Source of the DNA: Shigella phage ESh22
Sequence record: ON528732
Direction: 5' to 3' (one strand)
Length of the DNA stretch: 64,000 nt
Shown: piece by piece, positions 56,275 through 64,000 of the stretch
Layout: each line of letters opens with the position of its first letter
Position numbering within the stretch: position 1 is the stretch's first letter
Translations under genes and position numbers: made by a program
The notes under the pieces: generated by a model
Database searches by the model: none
Seen by the model: the letters and a program-made list of their open reading frames with translations, nothing else
What the model was told of the DNA's origin: nothing

Positions 56275-56515
56275 AGAGCAAGAAGCAATAGATATCTTTA
56301 AAAATGACGATAAGTCAATAGCTTATATCTCAGAAGCTTGGTGCAGAGGGCTAGGTTATGACTGGTATCTTTTCCTATGTGCTAAAAAGGATGTTAAACC
56401 AGTTGATGAAACCAGATTCAAAGAACTGTATAATATCTGTCAAGAAGGTTATGAAGAACATTACGAAGGTTCTTTGAATCCTGTAAATTCAAAAGCTTCA
56501 GATTTATTTTATTGA
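56267..56515 (+). CDS. hypothetical protein
   Basis: Track ORF 56225..56515; start moved to ATG at 56267. Confidence 0.4.
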   Translation: MSKEQEAIDIFKNDDKSIAYISEAWCRGLGYDWYLFLCAKKDVKPVDETRFKELYNICQEGYEEHYEGSLNPVNSKASDLFY

Positions 56516-56525
56516 GAGGTTTGAA

Positions 56526-56771
56526 ATGTTAAAATTATTGATACCAGCTTTAGTAGTCCTACTGGTTGGATGTAACCCTTCTTATGAGAATAAGGATGCT
56601 TCTTACAGACTTCCTCCAGAAATGCAAGACTGCAAGATTTATAAACTTAATGGTGATGCCATTAGCAGGGATGTTATTGTAGTTCGCTGCCCAAATTCTC
56701 AGACTACAACTTCTTACAAGTATGGAAAGAATAGTCAGTCACACACCACAGTTTTTGATGGAGGATATTGA
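56526..56771 (+). CDS. small lipoprotein
   Basis: 81 aa; signal peptide with lipobox LVGC. Confidence 0.45.
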   Translation: MLKLLIPALVVLLVGCNPSYENKDASYRLPPEMQDCKIYKLNGDAISRDVIVVRCPNSQTTTSYKYGKNSQSHTTVFDGGY

Positions 56772-56772
56772 T

Positions 56773-56979
56773 ATGCAGGTTCTGGTAAACTTTATCTATA
56801 AGTATGAAAACATCTTCAGCACTATGACTGAAGGTCAACGCAATCCAGTTATCCCACGAGAAGGGGAGACTGTTGAGATTAATGATTGGAACCACAGAGT
56901 TGCAGAGGTCAAGCATAAACTTAAAGATGATTATGACCACCAAGTTGTAAATGTGTATTTAGAAGGTAAGTGGCAATGA
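56773..56979 (+). CDS. hypothetical protein
   Basis: Track ORF 56722..56979; start moved to ATG at 56773. Confidence 0.4.
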   Translation: MQVLVNFIYKYENIFSTMTEGQRNPVIPREGETVEINDWNHRVAEVKHKLKDDYDHQVVNVYLEGKWQ

Positions 56980-57070
56980 GAATCTTACATATCATCTCTG
57001 AAGATTTTGGAGGGTGCTCTTGGCACTCATTTTTCACAAAAGGTTGTCTAGCTTGTGAGGCACGTAATAA

Positions 57071-58171
57071 ATGACAATTCTGTACAAACAAAATAAAGAT
57101 GGTTCTTTCAACGTCTGGTCATGTGTTGCTGTAGGTGATAAAGTCGTCACAACTTATGGTAAAGAAAATGGCAAGATGATGTTTGAAGAGTACACAGCAG
57201 AATCTAAGAACATCGGTAAGAAGAATGAGCGTAATGCTGAACAGCAAGCTCTCTTTGAAGTTTCTGCAAAGTACAAGAAGCAAGTAGACCGTAAAGGTTA
57301 TGCTTACACAAAGTCTGAAGCAGAGAACGTTGAAAAGGTTGGTGTACAGCTTGCTCACGATGCTGTAAAGATTAGTCACGCAAAATACCTGAAGTTCCCT
57401 GCTGACGCTCAACCTAAACTTGATGGTGTTCGTTGCAGGATTTCAAGAGATGTTGATACAGTAAGCTTCACGGCTTATTCTCGTGAAAACACTGTTTATA
57501 ATGTACCAGCAGAGCTAATCCCAGATTTGTTCCTAATGCTGAAGTGTCACCCACAAGTTGAAGATTTTGATGGTGAGATTTACGCTCATGGTTGGGACTT
57601 AGAGGATATTGTATCCATGATTAAGAATACTGACAATCCAGACCGTCACCTTCTTAAGTTCTACTGGTATGATATCTGTGATAATACCAAGACTTGGCCT
57701 GAGCGTCGTGAAGTTATTGACAATTCACCTCTTGTTGAACTTGGTGAAGCTTGCAGGGTTGTTCCTGTACAGACTATCCGTGTTAATTCTTGGGAAGAGT
57801 TCGACAAAGCACATGATAATTGGGTTAAGCTGAAGTTTGAAGGGGCAATGTACCGTTCAATCTCCCCAGAATCCTTCTATGAGTGTGGTCACCGTTCTTA
57901 CTTCCTGATTAAACACAAGAAGATGCACACTCAGGAGTTTAAAGTCACTGGTGTGAAGACTGACAAACGGGGTCATGGTAAGTTCGTTGTAGAGACTCTT
58001 CCTAACGTCTTTGTAGATGTTTCATGGAAAACTACCCATGAGAAGAAGAAGTATCTTGCTGAACATCCTGAAGAGTTTATCGGTAAACCTCTGACGGTTC
58101 AGTTCCAGAAGATGACTCGTAAGGGGTCTTTACAGTTCCCTGTTGGGCTTGTTATTAGAGATTATGAGTGA
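57071..58171 (+). CDS. ATP-dependent DNA ligase
   Basis: 366 aa; adenylation motif I KLDGVRC; size similar to T7-type ligase. Confidence 0.7.
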   Translation: MTILYKQNKDGSFNVWSCVAVGDKVVTTYGKENGKMMFEEYTAESKNIGKKNERNAEQQALFEVSAKYKKQVDRKGYAYTKSEAENVEKVGVQLAHDAVKISHAKYLKFPADAQPKLDGVRCRISRDVDTVSFTAYSRENTVYNVPAELIPDLFLMLKCHPQVEDFDGEIYAHGWDLEDIVSMIKNTDNPDRHLLKFYWYDICDNTKTWPERREVIDNSPLVELGEACRVVPVQTIRVNSWEEFDKAHDNWVKLKFEGAMYRSISPESFYECGHRSYFLIKHKKMHTQEFKVTGVKTDKRGHGKFVVETLPNVFVDVSWKTTHEKKKYLAEHPEEFIGKPLTVQFQKMTRKGSLQFPVGLVIRDYE

Positions 58172-58328
58172 TTACACTATGGGGATTGCAATTGCAGTAG
58201 TGATTATCGGTATCTTATTTTTCTCTTGGTTATACATGTAGAAAGTTGTTGACATGAGATTCTTAGTGGGTATACTAGCAATATACAAGATATTATATAG
58301 GAACCCACTAGTTAGTTTGGAGGTAATT

Positions 58329-58709
58329 ATGAAAAAGCTTGCACTATGTCTCTTTGCAGTACTAAGCTTCAATGCTTATGCGGTTATGCCAAATATGGAC
58401 TACGGTAAAGTTAAACTGGAGTCTTGTGAGCTTTCTCAAAAGATTGTTTCTAAGTCTGGAGAGTTAACTAAACCAATCACTCAAGAAACTTTTCAGGAAA
58501 TGACAGACCGTACAACTGACCTCATCTACCACACTATGGGTGGTTACTACAACGATGTGGCTGATATGATGGTTTCTGAGAATATTGATGTGCTAAGTTC
58601 TGAACAGATTTCTGAAACTAAAGCTGTAGAAGAACGTGTTACACAGTCTGTTTTAGATGGGTTTGAGTACTTTATCATTAACCGTCACTGCATGGGTCTG
58701 CCACAATGA
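58329..58709 (+). CDS. secreted hypothetical protein
   Basis: Track ORF 58254..58709; start moved to ATG at 58329 with GGAGG RBS; signal peptide MKKLALCLFAVLSFNAYA. Confidence 0.45.
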   Translation: MKKLALCLFAVLSFNAYAVMPNMDYGKVKLESCELSQKIVSKSGELTKPITQETFQEMTDRTTDLIYHTMGGYYNDVADMMVSENIDVLSSEQISETKAVEERVTQSVLDGFEYFIINRHCMGLPQ

Positions 58710-58909
58710 AAAAGAACATCTGTAGAATCGACTATGGTGAAGTTGTTGACGACGATGGAGTAGTTATTTACAGAGTTTGGGCTAAGGATTTTAATACAGT
58801 TGTAGAGGCTCTAGACCACTTCGTCAACGGGACTCGTGAGAATGTAAGAGCAACCAGTATAGATTCCTTAATAGACACTTCGCGTAAACGGAGGAAGAAG
58901 GATGAATAA
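58706..58909 (+). CDS. hypothetical protein
   Basis: 67 aa ORF. Confidence 0.4.
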   Translation: MKKNICRIDYGEVVDDDGVVIYRVWAKDFNTVVEALDHFVNGTRENVRATSIDSLIDTSRKRRKKDE

Positions 58910-59201
58910 AGTCTTCGACCCTTATGCACCCCAAGATGATTGGGAAGCTGATAGAGAGTCTGAAATGGAAGCATACATAGCTGGAATGGATGTGGATGAG
59001 ATGAAGTTCTATATCTCTGAGAAACTACACATTCACATGAAAAGAAACAATCTATCACAAGTTCAGGTAGCAAAGATTTGTGAGATTTCTCAAGCAAGAG
59101 TTTCAAACATCTTAAACGGTAGCGGTAAAGTTTCTCTTGACTACATGATTAGTGTTTGTGATAAACTTGGTTTAAACTTCAACTTAAGTAAGGCAGATTG
59201 A
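58902..59201 (+). CDS. helix-turn-helix DNA-binding protein
   Basis: 99 aa; HTH-like LSQVQVAKICEISQARVSNILNG. Confidence 0.5.
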   Translation: MNKVFDPYAPQDDWEADRESEMEAYIAGMDVDEMKFYISEKLHIHMKRNNLSQVQVAKICEISQARVSNILNGSGKVSLDYMISVCDKLGLNFNLSKAD

Positions 59202-59563
59202 TTATGAAACGTAAGAATGCAATTTTCAACGACAACTTTGCACTTGGTTTCTACGGGAAACCGACGAGTGCTGAGAAGTCATTTGGTGAAGAACTCTTGG
59301 GAGTCCTGAAGCAGATGTATCAAGAAGGAAGAATCAAGCATACTGAGAAGAGGCGTATTGCTGGTTATATGACAATTGGCTCCGCTATCTCTAACATTAA
59401 GCTTGAGACAACTTGTGCTCATGATGTTCGTAACAAGTTCATCAAAGAACTGGTTGGCAATATTGATGGTGTATCTGTTAAGGCTATCTGGCTAAATGTT
59501 GATGGGACTAACTACACCACGTTCACCTTTAAAAATGAGGATATTAAATGTCTCTTCCCGTAA
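59198..59563 (+). CDS. hypothetical protein
   Basis: 121 aa ORF. Confidence 0.45.
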   Translation: MIMKRKNAIFNDNFALGFYGKPTSAEKSFGEELLGVLKQMYQEGRIKHTEKRRIAGYMTIGSAISNIKLETTCAHDVRNKFIKELVGNIDGVSVKAIWLNVDGTNYTTFTFKNEDIKCLFP

Positions 59564-60051
59564 AACTGAACTTGTACTTTGGATACAATGTATTACAAGA
59601 TTGTATTCTAAGCCTCCCTAAATCAGATTATCGTGCTGATTTAGGTTCTGTGAAACGTGCTGCTCACTTCAACAACGTGATTTTTGGTCTCCAGAGTCTT
59701 TATCGTTGGCTTGAAGAAGACGGTCGCCTTAACGAGTACCTTCATAACCTAAAGATTGCCAGAGAGAAAGGTCAAATGGGTTATGAGCTTCTTCCAAGAC
59801 TCTACAAAGTTGGTAGTGTTAGTGAGCAACGTTGGAATGAGCAAGCTGTTGAGAGCTATAAGAGAGCCAATATAACTATTGGTACAAGAGCTTGGAAGGA
59901 ATATGACGCTCTGCGTGAAATTATCTATCAAACAGTTGGTAAGAGAGTCTCTCAAGGTCTTTCTTATGACCAAAAGATTGACTGGAAGACTCAGAAGTGT
60001 ATAAAATTCTTCAAGTTTGATAATGACAAAAACACCTTTGTAGAGGTATGA
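59548..60051 (+). CDS. hypothetical protein
   Basis: 167 aa ORF. Confidence 0.45.
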   Translation: MSLPVKLNLYFGYNVLQDCILSLPKSDYRADLGSVKRAAHFNNVIFGLQSLYRWLEEDGRLNEYLHNLKIAREKGQMGYELLPRLYKVGSVSEQRWNEQAVESYKRANITIGTRAWKEYDALREIIYQTVGKRVSQGLSYDQKIDWKTQKCIKFFKFDNDKNTFVEV

Positions 60052-60052
60052 C

Positions 60053-60574
60053 ATGCAAAAGATTGGAATCAACTTACTGCTCCCAGAAGCATCAATGTTG
60101 AGAGGTATTATCACCACTCACCTTGAAACCAAAAAGTCACAAGAAGGTGAAATACTGATTAAAACAAACTATGATGCAGGAACTATTGAGTTGGTTGATG
60201 AAGATACTGGGGACTCACTTTGTATTCTTCCTGCTCATCTGTTCGCAACTGAGTTCAGAGATGCTAAATCAATCTCTGTAAAGACTGAAGCAAGCATTGA
60301 CTTGTATGAAGGGACTCAGTACCCTAAATCCTTCAAAGCTCTTTTGAACATCTTCATAGATGATATCAGAGAGGTTGTGAAGCCATACATAGGCCGACAT
60401 GTAGTTAACGCAACCTGTGAAAACAATTATTACATTCGCTTAGTAGGTGACTTAGGTTCTATGGACTTCCTAAGCTTTATACCCAAGCACTTTGAAGATT
60501 TCTTATCAAGTGAGTGTGATGATTTAGACTTCGTAGTTGATATCCAGCAAACTTTTAAGGTAAACAAAAAATGA
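60053..60574 (+). CDS. hypothetical protein
   Basis: 173 aa ORF. Confidence 0.45.
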   Translation: MQKIGINLLLPEASMLRGIITTHLETKKSQEGEILIKTNYDAGTIELVDEDTGDSLCILPAHLFATEFRDAKSISVKTEASIDLYEGTQYPKSFKALLNIFIDDIREVVKPYIGRHVVNATCENNYYIRLVGDLGSMDFLSFIPKHFEDFLSSECDDLDFVVDIQQTFKVNKK

Positions 60575-60843
60575 AACTTTTTGAGAAGTTTGAGCAATGC
60601 TACAACCAAGATGGTGAACCTCTAAAATGCCCCCATTGTGGGGGTACAAATTTCCAAGGTGAGATTACAGAGATTGTGGCAGGGAACGTAGCAGAAGAGT
60701 ACACACGTTGCACTGATTGTGACAACATCATCTCTTTCTGGGCTTATGGCAGTTATCAACCACAACCACGCTTAGTATTCCATCCAGTAAAAACTGTGAA
60801 GAATATTGCTAACTGGTTTATTGTAAAAGGGTTCACACAATGA
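60571..60843 (+). CDS. small zinc-ribbon protein
   Basis: 90 aa; CPHCGG...CTDCD. Confidence 0.45.
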   Translation: MKLFEKFEQCYNQDGEPLKCPHCGGTNFQGEITEIVAGNVAEEYTRCTDCDNIISFWAYGSYQPQPRLVFHPVKTVKNIANWFIVKGFTQ

Positions 60844-61385
60844 TTAAATTGGTTTTTGCAAACGGTCTTAACGGGGAGTTTGGTTGCCCCTCTGGTATGC
60901 CTTGGCCTCGTAATAAGCAAGATATGCAAGAGTTCAAGAGGATTACTACAGGTCAATTGGTAGTTATGGGTAATGACACTTTCAAGAGTCTTGGAAGTAA
61001 ACCTTTACCAGACCGTGATAATCTTGTTCTGACAAACTCATTACCGTATGAAGGTATAGATTTTGGTAGAGAAGATGTAATGTTTGCTAAGGTTCACCCA
61101 GACGCTTTTGGGGCATTCTTAAAACATCTGGATAGTAGTATTGAGCAAGATGTTTGTATAATTGGTGGAGCAGGTATTCTTATCCAAGCTTTACCATATG
61201 CAGATGCAATTTGTCAAACATATATCCGTGAAGTGACTGAAGAAGCAACTGTTAAGCTGCCTTATAAGGGTTTCTTTGAGCACTTGTATGACGAGTCAAC
61301 TTTTGCTAGAATACAGTCAAAACCGTCGAAAGATGACAGCGTTGTATTCAACATTTATGTTCCACAAGTAAGAGGACGTTTCTAA
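60840..61385 (+). CDS. folA: dihydrofolate reductase
   Basis: 181 aa; N-terminal LVFANGLNGEFGCPSGMPWP and LVVMGNDTF typical of DHFR. Confidence 0.75.
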   Translation: MIKLVFANGLNGEFGCPSGMPWPRNKQDMQEFKRITTGQLVVMGNDTFKSLGSKPLPDRDNLVLTNSLPYEGIDFGREDVMFAKVHPDAFGAFLKHLDSSIEQDVCIIGGAGILIQALPYADAICQTYIREVTEEATVKLPYKGFFEHLYDESTFARIQSKPSKDDSVVFNIYVPQVRGRF

Positions 61386-61386
61386 T

Positions 61387-62286
61387 ATGTCACAAGCAGA
61401 TGTAAGCTACAAAGGGATTCTCAACCATGTTCTTTCTGTTGGTGAAGAACGTAAAACCAGAACTGGAAAGGTTATTACAACGTTTGCACCTCCAGAGTTT
61501 CGTTTTGACATGCGTAGTGGTTTCCCATTAATTACTTCAAAGCAAACCTTCATGCGTCAAGTTTTAGGTGAAGCATTGTGGTTTTTGAATGGTGAAAACA
61601 AGTTGGGTGATTTACGCTACAGAACTTGGGGAGAGAACGATGGAGAGCGTTGGACTATCTGGACAGATGATTTTGAACGTTGGTTAAAGACAACCTATGC
61701 AACTGAAAATGATTGGTTGGAAGACGCAGGTGGGCGAATCTATGGTGTCCAATGGAGGTCTTTTGAGGGGCATGGTGGGGTTGTCGTTGACCAGTTGAGT
61801 AATCTTGTGGATAAGATGAAAAAGTCTCCTACAGACCGTTACATGCTGGTTAACGCATGGAATGCAGCAGATATCTCAAGCAACTCTATGGCATTAGCAC
61901 CTTGTCATGTTCTTTTCCAGATTTATATCTCGAATACTGGAGAGGTTGACTTGAAATGGTATCAACGTTCATGTGATACGTTCTTAGGTTTACCATTTAA
62001 CATTGCTTCTTATGGGTTTATCTTGCAAGTTCTTTGTAAGATGACAGGATTAACTCCACGTTATCTTGTTGGTACTTTTGGTGATACCCAGATTTATCTG
62101 AACCATATGCAGCAAGTTTATCAGTTGTTAGGTAACGAAGATTACCCAGCACCTAAGTTTGAGATTGATGTTGAGTTAAACAGTATTGATGACCTGAAGC
62201 ACTTAACAGCAAGTGACTTTATAGGTGGTTTGAAAGATTACCGACATGCTGGTAAGATTGAAGCTCCCTTGTCAGTAGGTAAGTAG
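61387..62286 (+). CDS. thyA: thymidylate synthase
   Basis: 299 aa; active-site block ALAPCHVLFQ, C-terminal DTQIYLNH. Confidence 0.85.
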   Translation: MSQADVSYKGILNHVLSVGEERKTRTGKVITTFAPPEFRFDMRSGFPLITSKQTFMRQVLGEALWFLNGENKLGDLRYRTWGENDGERWTIWTDDFERWLKTTYATENDWLEDAGGRIYGVQWRSFEGHGGVVVDQLSNLVDKMKKSPTDRYMLVNAWNAADISSNSMALAPCHVLFQIYISNTGEVDLKWYQRSCDTFLGLPFNIASYGFILQVLCKMTGLTPRYLVGTFGDTQIYLNHMQQVYQLLGNEDYPAPKFEIDVELNSIDDLKHLTASDFIGGLKDYRHAGKIEAPLSVGK

Positions 62287-62289
62287 ATA

Positions 62290-62318
62290 CAAAAAAGGCT
62301 CCTTTTTACGGGAGCCTT
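62290..62318. terminator. bidirectional rho-independent terminator
   Basis: Hairpin AAGGCTCC..GGGAGCCTT flanked by A-run and T-run between convergent genes. Confidence 0.6.
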
Positions 62319-62322
62319 AGCA

Positions 62323-62697
62323 TTATTTCTTTTTAACATTCTGTGTATTTTGTTCGGTAATTGCTTGTAAAGCTGATACAGACTGTGCTAAGTTGTTCAC
62401 ACTATCTGAGAATTTATCAAGGGTTTTGGTCAACTTAGCGTTTTCCCCTTTAACGTTCTCTAACTGCACTTTCTGGTTTTCCATCCCTAACTGAAGGAGT
62501 TTCATATCAGACTGTAAATCACGAATAGCTGAATAGTTACCTTTTGAGTAACCATCCAACTGTTGTAACTTTGTGTTGATAGAAACTTCTTGCTTTCCAT
62601 CAGAGACCTGCATCGTAGTGTACATACCAATTACACTGAAAATACCTACAACAATTGCGCCAATGTTGTTCTTAAAAGCCTCTTCAATCCACTTCAT
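62323..62697 (-). CDS. membrane-anchored coiled-coil protein
   Basis: 124 aa; N-terminal TM segment then heptad-like region. Confidence 0.45.
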   Translation of the reverse strand: MKWIEEAFKNNIGAIVVGIFSVIGMYTTMQVSDGKQEVSINTKLQQLDGYSKGNYSAIRDLQSDMKLLQLGMENQKVQLENVKGENAKLTKTLDKFSDSVNNLAQSVSALQAITEQNTQNVKKK

Positions 62698-62891
62698 TAT
62701 TTTTCACCCTTAAAAGCCTTTTCCAAGGTATCTACAAATTCATCATCAATAGGTGTGTCTGTTTTACTCGCAAGGTATCTTGCAAGCTTGAAGAACACTT
62801 TTTCAATCATGTATTCGCTAAGAAGAGAAAGTAGAAGCTTCCAGAAGAATGCCCCAAGATTTTTCAAGAGGATTGCTAGAATGGTTGGCAT
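62697..62891 (-). CDS. small membrane protein
   Basis: 64 aa; N-terminal hydrophobic segment. Confidence 0.4.
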   Translation of the reverse strand: MPTILAILLKNLGAFFWKLLLSLLSEYMIEKVFFKLARYLASKTDTPIDDEFVDTLEKAFKGEK

Positions 62892-62977
62892 TTAATCACC
62901 TTACTTCTTAAGCCAAGATGGTGAGAATACCTACTAAGAAATATTAACACCATCTTGACAGTTAGTCAACAAGGTAA

Positions 62978-63940
62978 TTATGCAGTTCTTACCCAAGCCA
63001 TTAGTTTAATGTAAGTGTTAAGAACACTGAATGCTGCACCAGAACCAGTCGCACCAGTGTCACCACTGAATGTGTGGTTGTGTCCACCAATGCCTACACC
63101 GTGAGCATGAGCACCTACCCAACTTGTTCTACCTGTCCAAGTTCTGGAAGCATAGAAGTTAACTGGCGCACCATAAGTGAAGTTAGAACCTGTCCAGCTA
63201 TGCAAACCTTGGCTACCACTCATTGCAAAAGCACCGTCTGCAACGTAGAACGAGTTATTATCACTTCTAAACCATCCAAAGTTACCAGAGATTTCCATAT
63301 TACCTCTGTCATGGTCGTGAGCACCCTGACCATCTGTGTACTTAGTTCCATAGTCAAACCAAGAAGTTGTCCCAGAGAAGCCGTGAGTGTGTGCAGGGAT
63401 GTGACCAACACTTAATGCAACCGTATCAGCACCACCAAGACCTTTCACATCAGAGCCATTTTCAGAACCAATCCTAATAGTTCTGTTTGCACCCTCAGTT
63501 AAGTAAGTCCAAGTAGTGCCTGGGAAAGCTGTATTTGGGTTGACATTAGAAGCAAAGAACGTCACAATACCAACTGGATACACTTTCTTAAGGTCTGTAG
63601 CATCAGTTACAGCGGAAGCAATACGTTGGTCTACTTCAGCCTTGGTGTAAGCACCAAGTTCAGAAGGTGTAGGCTTAGCCTTATCTGTATAGATTTTAGT
63701 CCAAAACTCTTCAAAACCAACACTATCCCTTGCTGTTCTATAGTAGATTCCACCATTTTTGTATTCGAACCTAAGCTGTGCAGAAGGTGTAGATGCACCA
63801 ATTCCAAGGTGCATTTGGTAAACTAAGTGAGATGAACCACCACTTGCACTTGTAACATTGTACAAACCTGTTTTTGCATCCCAAGCAACACCTGTGCCAT
63901 CACCTACTTCTGTTCCAGTTCCAGATACACCAGACAACAT
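62978..63940 (-). CDS. tail fibre-like protein (tail-collar-type C-terminal domain); N-terminus may extend past the window edge
   Basis: 320 aa; Gly/Ser/Thr-rich with repeated HTHG/HAHG motifs. Confidence 0.5.
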   Translation of the reverse strand: MLSGVSGTGTEVGDGTGVAWDAKTGLYNVTSASGGSSHLVYQMHLGIGASTPSAQLRFEYKNGGIYYRTARDSVGFEEFWTKIYTDKAKPTPSELGAYTKAEVDQRIASAVTDATDLKKVYPVGIVTFFASNVNPNTAFPGTTWTYLTEGANRTIRIGSENGSDVKGLGGADTVALSVGHIPAHTHGFSGTTSWFDYGTKYTDGQGAHDHDRGNMEISGNFGWFRSDNNSFYVADGAFAMSGSQGLHSWTGSNFTYGAPVNFYASRTWTGRTSWVGAHAHGVGIGGHNHTFSGDTGATGSGAAFSVLNTYIKLMAWVRTA

Positions 63941-64000
63941 ATATCTTGAGTTTGCAGCAGATTGTGTGTAGTATCTTGAGTCAAAGTTTGACCAATCGCT

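Overview
This window reads as a fragment of a lytic tailed dsDNA phage genome (low GC, tightly packed genes, no integrase seen). It holds: (1) a minus-strand array of at least 19 tRNA genes (1-3310) with an embedded HNH endonuclease; (2) a plus-strand block of small unknown genes with a GH24 endolysin (5960-14053); (3) a 1.6-kb ORF-free, repeat-rich region between convergent terminators (14054-15700); (4) a minus-strand block of about 20 small early-type genes, 15 of which are preceded by the same promoter/5'UTR cassette (15700-22400); (5) an iteron-like repeat array (22540-22800); (6) a minus-strand block with a TARG1/DarG-like macro-domain protein, a spanin pair, a lytic transglycosylase, rIIA/rIIB homologues, a PRPP-synthetase-like plus NAMPT-like pair (candidate NARP1-type NAD+ reconstitution module), nrdG, nrdD, glutaredoxin, nrdB, nrdA, homing endonucleases, flap endonuclease, SSB-like protein, primase-helicase and dNMP kinase (22863-52844); (7) a plus-strand replication/nucleotide block with family-A DNA polymerase, ATP-dependent DNA ligase, DHFR and thymidylate synthase (53104-62286); (8) the start of a tail-fibre-like gene at the right edge. 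All calls rest on motifs read by eye from the translations; no database search or folding was run, and coordinates of tRNAs, small ORFs and regulatory elements are approximate. The most interesting candidates are the Prs-like/NAMPT-like pair, the macro-domain protein, the palindrome-containing promoter family and the two repeat-rich non-coding regions.
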